In this document: one piece after another, positions 40,782 through 51,702 of the stretch
Layout of the letters: each line of letters starts with the position of its first letter
How positions within the stretch are numbered: position 1 is the stretch's first letter
NCBI RefSeq assembly: GCF_006345805.1
Contig: NC_043016.1
Location: 20,646,001 to 20,710,000 of the forward strand
Source: Octopus sinensis
Lineage: Eukaryota
Direction: 5' to 3'
Length of the DNA stretch: 64,000 nucleotides
Notes under the pieces: model-generated
What the model was told of the DNA's origin: nothing
Seen by the model: only the letters and a program-made list of their open reading frames with translations
Database searches by the model: none
Made by a program: the position numbers and the translations under genes

Positions 40782-41300
40782 AAGCAATGTGAATTGGACT
40801 ACATTAGTCAAATCCACAGAAGCTATTACCCTCTTCATTATGTACTTCAGTTTCCCTATGGGGAAGATGGGGAAGATGGCTGGAATGTGTTCTTGAAAGA
40901 TAATGACTGAAGCAAAAACATCACTGCATGTGAATTTTATTTTTATTGGCTTCAGGTAAGAAAGGACGAGTTCAATGGCATAATGAAAAGTAGACGTCTG
41001 ATGCAACAGTATGCAGTAGATCAATATACAAAGAGCAAGATCGATTACACTTCCTGAGAACTCATCAGAAACAGCTTAAGGTTGAAAAGTACCATGGCCT
41101 TCTGGATGCTATTGCAAATGGTGACATGAATGAATGACGCAGGGTATAAAATCATTCTTCTGCCATCACATACTGGTTCTTCTCGGTCTTACAAGGAGTG
41201 TTTCCAAGCTGGAATAGCTCTGGTGAGAGAGTTTGGAAAGCCAGACTACTTCATCACTATGACGACCAACCGAATGTGGATTGAGATAACAAAAGCTCTG
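39950..41300 (+). pseudogene. Helitron RepHel N-terminal/Rep fragment, frameshifted, with an (AG)n insertion
   Basis: CKAYLW...CCSKGKI zinc motif, IRGYNNLLAMAS, FKIQGKLYHRIGSL, YNLPTASEI, LHYVLQFPYGE, RRLMQQYAVD, GKPDYFITMTTN.MW.EI (Rep motif 1). No motif 2/3 or helicase follows. Confidence 0.9.
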
Positions 41301-41613
41301 TTTGGTTCTGGACACAATGAGTATATATTGTCTTTGGTTCTGGGAACAATGTGAATATATTGGCTTTGGTTCTGGGAACAATGTGCATATATTGGCTTTG
41401 GACTCAGGATATAAGGGCATGAAAGGAATATACGCTGACAACGTCGTCAATTAGGAAATTCTTTCACTTTTTACTTTCAAACTACGAACAGGTGTTTGGA
41501 TATGTTGTAGCTGAATCGACCGCCTGGAGGTCAGTGATTCAGCTATATATATATATATAAACAAAATAGCTAGTTGTAAAATTTCGCGAAGAGACCAGAG
41601 TAGTAACTATACT

Positions 41614-41931
41614 AAAGACTCCGCCGGTTACGACGACGAGGGTCCCAGCTGATACGATCAACGGAACAGCTTGCTCGTGAAATTAACGTGCAAATGGCTG
41701 AGCATTCCACAGACACGTGTACCCTTAACGTAGTTCTCGGGGATAATCAGCGTGACACAGAGAGTGACAAGCTGACCCTTTGAAATACAAGTACAACTCA
41801 TTTTGCCAGCTGAGTGGACTGGAGCAACGTGAAATAAAGTGTCTTGCTCAAGGACACAACGCGTCGCCGGGAATCGAACTCACAACCTTACGATCATGAG
41901 CCGAATGCCCTAACCACTAAGCCACGCGCCC
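41614..41931 (-). mobile_element. SINE family B (tRNA-derived head, CORE-like centre), full length
   Basis: Reverse complement of 48558-48880. TSD CTATACTAAA at 41607-41616 and 41931-41940. Confidence 0.9.
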
Positions 41932-42916
41932 TATACTAAACAGTAAAGCCAGTCACCACATCAAAGTGGCTGATGAATATTACTACTAGTTCAGCCCCAG
42001 GCACATTCTCCACCAGCTTGTTATGGGTGAAAGACTTCACCCTTTATATATAATATATTGTTAGCAGTGGGGGAGGCGAAACCCTACCACCCTCTATCAG
42101 GTATCAGTATCGCGAGACTGACTCCGTTTCGAGCTATTTATATTTCACGGTAGGCCCTCAGGGTTGTCGGGTATGTGAATAAAAATACAAGAGTTAAAAA
42201 TAAGAATACATGTGTCAATAAGATCCGGGATACGTATGTTTCATAGCCAGAGGAACAATCGGAAATGATAAATATCCAAGCGAAGTGTATACCGCAAGCT
42301 ACTCTTCAGGCCAAGGTGATGCTGCATGAGTAGTTACAATTGCAACCGATACAGTACACTATTTGCTCTCACTTAGTATTACTCAAGAGATTTACACTTG
42401 AACAGGAATAGAAGTAAACAAAGGGTTAAACAAGTTAGACAGGTCAATATATAAAGCATATTAAATACATGAAATACAAAAAAATAATGTATATATGATT
42501 ATATAGAAAAAGGTTCGATTTACATGGAATAGACATGATATCGAGAATTAAAGGGGTTGAAGACTGTTTGTAGATTGATTCCATCATCGGATGAGACGAG
42601 CCTCCAATTAGCACGTGTGTGCCGAATGTAGTGTGGCTAAACCTAAAGAAAGTTTTGTCAAAAGTGAAGTTTTTACTTCCTCTCATGTATATATATATAT
42701 ATATAATATATATATTTTTTTATTTTTAATATATATATATATACTATATTAATTATATTTATACTATTTGTTATTTATGTATTGGTTTATGTTCTATCAC
42801 TGTTTGAGTTGCCTAATAGTGGTTTTTATCTCTAATTCATATTTTATATTTATACTGTGAAATTTGATTTAATCCTAAATCTAATTTTTCCTTGTAAGTT
42901 TGAAGCCATATTCCCT

Positions 42917-43280
42917 AAAGACCTGGAAATAGAGGTACTAGAATGTGGAATCTGAAACACAAAATCCTATCATAGTAGGTGCATTAGGCATGATAAAAAA
43001 ATATTCAGACAAATACATAACAAAAACACCAGGACTTACAAACACATATAACATACAGAAAATTGCACTACTAGGCACTGCACACATCCTACGCAGAACA
43101 CTTTCCATACAATAACCATCAGAGAATCACAACAAATCACAGCACATACCCAAGGCACACAGAGCTGCGCTCGGTAGTGAAGTGAAAGCACGCTATAAAA
43201 ATAAAAATAAAACTACTGAAATAATAATAATAATAATAATATAATAATAATAATAATAAAATAATAATAATATAATATAA
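42917..43280 (+). mobile_element. R4/Dong-clade LINE 3' fragment with (AAT)n tail
   Basis: Frameshifted KDLEIE...PIIVGALGMIKK...IQKIALLGTAHILRRTLSIQ*, followed by a 3'UTR and (AAT)n. Confidence 0.88.
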
Positions 43281-43281
43281 T

Positions 43282-43684
43282 CAATGCTTTCTAATTGATG
43301 TATCAATACCGGCAGATGACAACGTGTCTCTAAAAGAAATGGAGAAACTCTCAAAATACAAAGACCTGGAAATAGAGATAACTAGAATGTGGAACCTGAA
43401 AACAGAAACAATTCCTATCATATAGGTGCATTAGGCATGATAAAAAAATATTCAGACAAATACATAACAAAAACACCAGGACTTACAACACATATAACAT
43501 ACACAGAAAATTGCACTACTAGGCACTGCACACATCCTACGCAGAACACTTTCCATACAATAACCATCAGAGCATCACAACAAATCACAGCACATACCCA
43601 AGGCACCAGAGCTGCGCTCGGTAGTGAAGTGAAAGCACGCTATAAAAAAAACTACTGAATAATAATAATAATAATATAATAATA
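43282..43684 (+). mobile_element. Second R4/Dong 3' fragment, directly after the tail of the first
   Basis: CFLIDVSIPADDNVSLKEMEKLSKYKDLEIEITRMWNLKTETIP (restriction-like endonuclease C-terminal half). 3'UTR nearly identical to 43130-43220. (AAT)n tail. Confidence 0.9.
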
Positions 43685-43894
43685 TATTATATATATATAT
43701 ATATATTCGTTTTCTGCTGCATGGTTTCTCGCTTTTTGAGTCCAACGATTGCTGCGTCTAGTACGGCACAAAGAGAGCGTCCAGTTATTGCACTACCTAA
43801 CCAGGAAACTCTAAGTAGGTCACATATAACGTTTGCATTCATTACACACAACACACACACAAACACATATATACATATATATATGTATATATGT

Positions 43895-43945
<51 letters not shown>

Positions 43946-45213
43946 ATATATATATATTATATATATATACATACATACATATATTATGTATATATATATA
44001 TTTATAATATATAGTACACACACACACTTTTTTTTATTGTATGAATCTGTCTGCATACGTATGCGATAAGATAATTTCCAACAATTAAATTTTTATTTTT
44101 CTAACAGTTTCTTTATTATAGCTCTTGATTCTACAAAATATCATTTTTATAAAACATTTCTCTCAACTATGATATGTTCCCTATATTGTAAGAGAAAATT
44201 GATTTATGTGTAACGAACGTAACTTTATGTCACTTTGTCGTTTTGCGAATAAATAATGGATGCACATGAAACTCCCTACCTGCACATACGCACACGCACA
44301 CGTCTCACTTATTTTATGAATATATGTATATACGTATACACGAGGAAATACACTTACGCACTTACATATGAATATGCTTGCGTCCGTATAAGTGAGCATA
44401 AACAAAACAAAATTAATCAAATACATAAAAATAAATAAAAGTTTCTTTCTTTTTTATTATTCTTTACCGAAAACTTTGCAAAAGAATTAGTGTCTTAAAT
44501 AATACGATTTAAAAGTGGATGCAAACGACGGAAAAATTACTTCTTTTTGTTATCATAACATTTTTTATTACATGAACAAAGACATAAATTCACACATACA
44601 TGCACGCAAAATACTAAATAAAAAATAATAAATAAATAAAAAAATCTTTAATTTTTATAATTCCTCATCAATAATTTCGTTTGTTCTTTACTATTAAAAA
44701 AGTTAATTGTAATTTTATTTCGGTGTTGTAAGTAGAATTAAAATATTTTTAATGTTTGCATGTTGTTTCATACTAAAGATCTTTTATTAGATACATTGTG
44801 ACTATTTTTTGGAACAAGAATAAGGTTGTAGAAACAAATTAAAATCTATAAATTAATTATAAAAGAAAAGAAAACAAATAAATAATAAGTAGATAATAAA
44901 GATGTTTGGTAAATAAAGTAGGAAATTGACTTTGAAACTTCGAAAGAAATTTGATGCAGTTAGCTAATTAATGAATTAACAGAAGAAAATTTACCAAGGA
45001 AGTCGGTAGAATTCAATATCTATACATTTAAACACGTATAAAGTAACAAAAAATATATACATTCTATAGCTTACGTACATTACTCTACTTCCTACATATA
45101 CACTTAATCAGACACAGATACTTATACATATGCACTCATCTATCCAAAGACCTATTACATTCCTTTCTCATTCTTTTTTTTATTCTTTCTTTCTTTCCCT
45201 CTGTATGAGTATA

Positions 45214-45255
<42 letters not shown>

Positions 45256-45349
45256 TTATATATATATATTATATACAATACACATATGTATATGTGTATA
45301 TAAGAATATATGTATATATACATATTTGCACATGTACGTATATATACAC

Positions 45350-45391
<42 letters not shown>

Positions 45392-45426
45392 TATATATAT
45401 ATGCATATATACATATATGTAAATAT

Positions 45427-45750
45427 TTACATATATATGTATACACATATGCATATATGGGTACAGGACGTTATAAAACGTAAACAACATGAAATATGAA
45501 ATACGAAAACATGGAATACGAACTTTTTTGCGAACAACGAAAGAAACAAATTGAAAACAAGACAAGTAACATAAAGAAATACCCTTCATCAGTTGTCGGG
45601 TGTCTATCTACTGCACATTTCGAGCAATTACTACAATTGCAAAAAAATTCGTATTCCATGTTTCCGTATTTCGTATTTCGTATTTCATGTTGTTTACATT
45701 TTATGACGTCCTGTTTCCATATATGCATATGTATATACATATATATGTAA
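45427..45750. mobile_element. Foldback/MITE-like element with ~105-bp inverted arms
   Basis: 45427-45531 is the reverse complement of 45639-45750 (CAGGACGT.ATAAAA.GTAAACAACATGAAATA...CATGGAATACGAA.TTTTTTGC). Confidence 0.85.
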
Positions 45751-45781
45751 GTATGTACATATATGTGTGTATATATGCATA

Positions 45782-46416
45782 TAAATACATAAGAGGTATC
45801 CATCATAGAATACCTGACACGCTAGAAGGAATAGCCAAATTCCAAACCACTATTAGAAATAAATTTTGAAGGGAGTGAAGAATAAAAACATTTACCATCT
45901 ATCTCCTGAACCATGGTTTCTGACTTTATATTAGCAATGAAAATAATTTGCTAGGCGAAGTCTTCATCAACAGGTACGCCTAGATTAAACATATAAATAC
46001 AAGACAATCCAGCATGTGCCTCATGCTTATATATTATATTTTTTCAAATCAACCGCGCAAGCGCAGTTTTTTGTTGGCAGCAAATAAAATAATGCCGGCG
46101 TTACTTCGAAAATTTGCCAAAAAATTTATCAATAATTAATAATATCAGGGCAAGAAAAAATTTTGAAATTGTTACTACCAATGGCCTAGCGTCTAGAAAA
46201 ATTAGTCAATAGACTATATATTATTCATATAAATACAGTGTACATTTAAACACATAAGAAGTATCCTTCATAGGATACCTGGCACGCTAGAAGGAATAGC
46301 CAAAATACAAACGGCTATTAGGGATAAATTTCGAAGGAATGAAAAATATAAACATTTACCATCTATCTCCTGGACCCTGGTTTCAGACTTTATTAGCAAG
46401 TAAAATAATTTGCTAG

Positions 46417-46418
<2 letters not shown>
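45782..46418 (+). repeat. Pair of ~170-bp direct repeats (45782-45957, 46248-46418) separated by ~290 bp
   Basis: Shared CACGCTAGAAGGAATAGCCAAA...ACATTTACCATCTATCTCCTG...AAAATAATTTGCTAGG. A diverged partial relative is at ~30820-30905. Confidence 0.75.
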
Positions 46419-46497
<79 letters not shown>

Positions 46498-46516
46498 TAT
46501 AATATATATATATATA

Positions 46517-46678
46517 AGGCGCAGGACGGCCTGGGTGGTAAGAAGATTGTTTCCCAAACAAATGGTTCCGGATTCAGTCCCACTGCATGGTACCTTGGGC
46601 CACTGTCTTCTACTATTGCTTCGTTCGACCAAAGCCTTGTGAGTGGATTTGATAGACGGGAACTGATAGCCCGTCGTA
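46517..46678 (+). mobile_element. SINE family C 5' part
   Basis: AGGCGCAGG...TGGTTCCGGATTCAGTCCCACTGC...CGACCAAAGCCTTGTGAGTGGATTTG. Confidence 0.7.
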
Positions 46679-46932
46679 TATATATATGTACATATATATA
46701 TATATATATAATTGCAGCGTGGAAGGTGTTTGTAAGCCATTTAAGAAACACACAAAAGCCGTTCGATTTAAGTTTAATTTGTCAAAATATTTTCGTCGCT
46801 TTAAACCACGACACTGACCTGTTCACTGACACAAAATCCGTGCAGCACGGATTTTTGTCAGTGAACGCTGCAATTGTTTTCGTTTCAGCACACGATCTCA
46901 GATCAAATCACTTGCTATGCAAGTACATCTCC

Positions 46933-46982
<50 letters not shown>

Positions 46983-48557
46983 GTATGTGTGCTTGTGGTG
47001 TGTGTGGTTGTGTGTGTGTGAGGTTGTGTGTGTGTGTTTGTTATTTGTGTCAGTATCAGACGTGCAGGCGTAGAGGACTGTTTAGAGTTTCTTTTTGAAC
47101 GTTTTCTTCTACGTTTATACCAACTTCTGTACCCCAAATTAGTAACTCATTTATTTCTCCCATTATAAACAAGAGAAATACCTTTTACTTACCAACGTAG
47201 CGTTATTTAGGTCGGATTTTAAAAACATATCTTATACCAAATGGAATTTCACTAACACGATCATGGCTGAAACAACACTAGAAACGAAAATAACATTACA
47301 GCACCAGGAAGGTAGCTGAGAAAACGTAAGTTTTTCTCTCATTTTACTTGGACTCTATATCTAAACCAACATCTACTTCGAAGCTGTGAAAAAGCCCGTG
47401 AAGACGCTTCTATCGGATATATGAAGCGGTTAAATAATACTGGGGCAAATCTCGCCCCAATTTAAGCACATTTACAGCGAAACAACTTAAGCAACAAGTA
47501 TCTTTCTTCAAAAAAATGGTTTGCTCTCGTGATGTAAATCGATCTTCTCAAAGCACTAAGAACAAAATCTGTTAGAAGAGAGATCAAAGGTAATGCAACA
47601 AATCGCTGCCACCATCACTAAATTCTTGTGTCTCATAATATAGGTGAATCAACAGACACAGCTGTGGAATATATTCAATTTAGAAACATCCTGAAACAGT
47701 TCTTTAAAAATATTTTACTTTTCGAAACCATTGTTAAGTGGCAGGCTAATCTTAACAGCATTAATGTTGAAAGTTATCGATGATGTCACTGGAGAGCGCA
47801 TGGAATCATGTGATATTAACTAATACAACTGCTATAACTCTTAAAGAACACATAGGAGAAATCTGTAAAAACAAAACCCGATGAAAACATGAACACTGTA
47901 CCACCATGTTGGATGGTTCACCACGATAGTATAATGTAAGCGGAATAATGAATTTACATCTCATCATTACATCTTATGAATAAATTAACAAAATTCTATG
48001 ACGACTCTTCATACCAAGCTCTTGAGGGAAGGTTAATTACTCTAAAACACGAACTCAGCTGAGCGAAAATCCTCACTACTGCTTATACAGAGGGATGAGG
48101 GAGGAAAATATTACTCTCAAGAAAGCCCCCTCTTAAGAAGATCTTGAATTATTCTGGTTGAAAATCTGGAACGTCAATCTTAATGCATCGCAGCTAAATG
48201 CAGTAAGGAGAGAATGTCAATCTTAATGCATCGCAGCTAAATGCAGTAAGGAGAGAATATTGTATCAATATAAATAGTAAATCACATGCAATTGACCCGC
48301 AAACTGTCACCATAGCTGTAGGCAAACTGCATATTGGGAAGACAGCTGAAAGGAAACTAATAGTTAGATACTGGTATAAGAGGCTGACATTTCAAAGGAA
48401 ACCACTAATAGGTATATTCAAAGCGCTATGTAAGATCAGCCTGACATACCAAATTGGCTTGCTATAGCACGGAAAAATCTAGTAGCAAAGAAGAAAACCA
48501 CCGAGTTGGCTGAAAACTATTGCCCCATTATTTACCTAAACGTTATGTACAAATTAT

Positions 48558-48880
48558 GAGGGCGCGTGGCTTAGTGGTTAGGGCATTCGGCTCATGATCG
48601 TAAGGTTGTGAGTTCGATTCCCGGCGACGCGTTGTGTCCTTGAGCAAGACACTTTATTTCACGTTGCTCCAGTCCACTCAGCTGGCAAAAATGAGTTGTA
48701 CTTGTATTTCAAAGGATCAGCCTTGTCACTCTCTGTGTCACGCTGATTATCCCCGAGAACTACGTTAAGGGTACACGTGTCTGTGGAATGCTCAGCCATT
48801 TGCTCGTTAATTTCACGAGCAAGCTGTTCCGTTGATCGTATCAGCTGGGACCCTCGTTGTCGTAACCGGGAGTCTTTTTT
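48558..48880 (+). mobile_element. SINE family B, full length
   Basis: Box A TGGCTTAGTGG, box B GAGTTCGATTCCC, CORE-like GTGTCCTTGAGCAAGACACT. Near-TSD ATGTACAA(A)TTAT at 48545-48557 and 48884-48895. Confidence 0.9.
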
Positions 48881-48897
48881 AGAATGTACAATTATAG

Positions 48898-48997
48898 NNN
48901 NNNNNNNNNNNNNNNNNNNNNNNNNNNNNNNNNNNNNNNNNNNNNNNNNNNNNNNNNNNNNNNNNNNNNNNNNNNNNNNNNNNNNNNNNNNNNNNNN
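48898..48997. other. Assembly gap (100 N)
   Basis: Run of exactly 100 N, probably a placeholder of unknown true size. Confidence 0.99.
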
Positions 48998-49700
48998 TGC
49001 CACTCCGTTGTGAACTTTCCTGCTGTAAATCTCATCCTCAAATTGTCGTAGTAATACATCAGCATGCGTTGAACATCTTCTGGAATCCAAAAGAAGTCCA
49101 TAGCTGCTTGAATTAGGTGCGTGTGGAACAGATCCATGTGCATTGGCAAGATCTAGCCATTCAATGTACATGTTTTGCTTCAGTTGCTTTACACAGGTAA
49201 TAGCTTCCCTGGCGGCAAATGCACGTTCTATGCACCGAAGGATTCCAGGGATCCCTGCTTTTTGGATTGCTTCATTAGCATATCCCTTATGCTGTATGAA
49301 TCTTATGATTTGTCAAGCAATAATTCCAAGTATGATTTTTTACATCAGTATTTAATAATGAAATGGGTCTGAATTGCCTTAGTATTTTTGCCTCTTTCTC
49401 TTTAGGTACACACCGCTACGTCTTTCTTCTTCCAACGTTCTCTTATCAGTGCAAACAGCTGCAAACGTAATTTTGGGCAATATTTATACATCTTGTAGCT
49501 CACTCCGTCGTTCCCTGGTGAACTTTTTGCTCTTGCTTTTCTTATGAACTCATCCATTTCTTTTCATCTGATGTCACTCGAATCGAATGGTACCCTTGGT
49601 TCAGGTGGTTTCTTCAGCCCGTACATTTCTGGGAGTACTTTATTTCTGTCAGAGTCGCTGTATGTCCCTTTAAGCTGGCGTTCGAGCTCCTCTTTCAGGC
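48998..49700 (-). mobile_element. HERO-like (RLE-class) LINE RT fragment
   Basis: KARAKSSPGNDGVSYKMYKYCPKL, WLDLANAHGSVPH, and AMDFFWIPEDV..ML.YYYDNLRMRFTAGKFTTEW. Clade assignment is by motif recognition. Confidence 0.75.
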
Positions 49701-49714
49701 AATCCAATCTTCTA

Positions 49715-50210
49715 CTTTTAGCACCTGTAGAGTACAAATCAAGACATGAAAGAGTTGGCCAATATCTACACAGGATAATGTGTTGGTATTACAAAATCAA
49801 AACTATTGACACCCTGAGGCTGTAACTGAGGGAGAAAATGTAATTATTCAGTATGTACAGACCGAACCATCAAAGCAAATAAACCAGAAATTGTTGTGAA
49901 AGACCAAAACAATAAAGTCTGTTTATTGATTGGCATGAGCATACCCTGTGACCATAATATCTCGGCAAAAGAATTTGATAAGCTCAGAAAATATAAAGAT
50001 TTGCTCGTCGAAATCGAAAAGATGTGGCATGTCAAAACGGTTACAATACCAGTGATTGTATGAGCACTTGCAATGATATGATCAAAAAAAGAACTGAAAA
50101 TTATTTAAGAATGATCCCTGGTTTACTATACATGTAGGAAGGGCAAACGATTGCCTCAATTAGTACGTCACACGTGTTGAGAAGAGCATTGTCGCTGTGA
50201 ATTTTCTTTC
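49715..50210 (+). mobile_element. R4/Dong-clade LINE 3' fragment, decayed
   Basis: APVEYKSRHERVGQYLH, TDRTIKANKPEIVV, CLLIGMSIPCDHN, KYKDLLVEIEKMW. Confidence 0.85.
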
Positions 50211-50538
50211 CTTTTTCCTTTATTTTCTTTGTATACTTTTATAGTTTTGCTCTCCCCCCTCTTTCTCTATCACATGACTTTGTAAGTGAACAGCCTGGTG
50301 TGCTTATTTTAATGGCCTACCAATGTATATAGTACGTTTCTCTACCCTAGGTGTCAGGAGGACACTCGGCAAGAAATGGAAACAGAATTGAAAGAAGATA
50401 ATAATAATGATGATGATGATGATGATGATGAGGATGATGATGATGATGATGACGACGACGACGACGATGATGATGATGATGATGATGATGACGACGATGA
50501 TGATTTTGGAACAAGACTAGTAATTTCTGGAGTTGGGA

Positions 50539-50700
50539 ATCGTCGATTACATCGACCTTAATGTTCAACTAGCAATCATTTTATCGACCTCGAAAGGATG
50601 AAAGGCAAAGTTGACCTCAGCCGAATTAGAACTCAGAACGTAAAGACGGACGAAATGCCGCTAAGCAGTTTGCCCAGCGTGGTAACGATTCTGCCAGTTC

Positions 50701-50701
<1 letters not shown>
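50539..50701 (-). mobile_element. SINE family A, partial and diverged
   Basis: GAAAGGATGAAAGGCAAAGTTGACCTC...GAACTCAGAACGTA...TTCTGCCAGTTCG. Confidence 0.8.
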
Positions 50702-50755
<54 letters not shown>

Positions 50756-50766
50756 CAACAACAATA

Positions 50767-51323
50767 AATGCCCTGATGCAGTACCAGTCAGTGGCTCACG
50801 TGGCTTCTGATCTTAACTGATTGCAAGTGTTATCGTGTACATTGTTTTGTCTTGGTATAAAAGATGGGCTACAGCAAATATTCTGCTCAATACCACAGAT
50901 TTGCTTGTCAGTTGTTTGACCTTAACCAGTTGAGCATGTCCCTTAGTGGCTGACGATATGTGCATCTCTGATCACGAGCAGAAGTAGTGGGGGAGCATCA
51001 TAGCCATGTGTTGAGAGGGATTCTTTGAAGTTTGAATAATTCACCTCTGGAAACATGGGTGGTTCTTTCAACATCCTTAAACAACCCTTATTCAGGGACC
51101 TTTTGAGCGGGATGGGCTACTCAACCTGAAGAAAATTCTAACTAGGCCCCACCTGCAAGGTCATGTGCTGTTTATCTTGGTATGAGATCATCATGTCGCG
51201 CACATATGGTTGTGATGCATGTGCCTGGTGTACCTTTATCAGACGGGTAGTCATGATGGGTATATTGGGCTTCGTATATTTTACCCCAGTGTCACTTTGA
51301 TGGCATGAACTGCTCTCTCACTC

Positions 51324-51380
<57 letters not shown>
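50767..51380 (+). mobile_element. Retroposed repeat family D, full length (~557 bp plus (AAT)n)
   Basis: Aligns end to end with 58424-58980. Preceded and followed by (AAT)n. No ORF and no obvious Pol III boxes. Confidence 0.85.
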
Positions 51381-51566
51381 CTTGAGAAGTTTGTCTCCAT
51401 CTGTCACAACATCAATTAGAGGAAGGGAAGAAAGTGGAGAGATCAAAATGGGAGATAATCCTGTTACAACATATATTTAGAAGAAGGTGAAGAGAAAAGT
51501 TGTTGAGAAATACAGTGAGTGAGTGAAAGAGTGTGTGTATAATAGACAGACAGGCAGACAGACTGG

Positions 51567-51700
<134 letters not shown>

Positions 51701-51702
51701 TA

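Larger units (their letters stand above)
37593..41573 (+). mobile_element. Probable deletion derivative of an autonomous Helitron (boundaries tentative)
   Basis: TCTATACTATAATT 5'-like start with an ACTGGACTGATTTCGACCAATCTTGG subterminal motif. Rep homology at 39950-41300. Hairpin 41508-41545 and CTAG|T at 41570-41573. Contains younger insertions. Confidence 0.5.

Noticed and set aside
41301-41396. CRISPR-like 32-bp repeats
   Set aside because: The units are directly adjacent with no spacers, and the context is eukaryotic.
47200-48540. Possible decayed LINE with a 43-bp tandem duplication (48173-48258)
   Set aside because: No recognisable protein motif; the duplication alone is unremarkable.
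48558-48630. tRNA gene
   Set aside because: The A/B boxes continue into a SINE body that is repeated at 41614-41931, and both copies are flanked by (near-)TSDs.
48659-49171. ORFs spanning the N gap
   Set aside because: Artefacts of translating across 100 N and a SINE; only the HERO-like part right of the gap is real.
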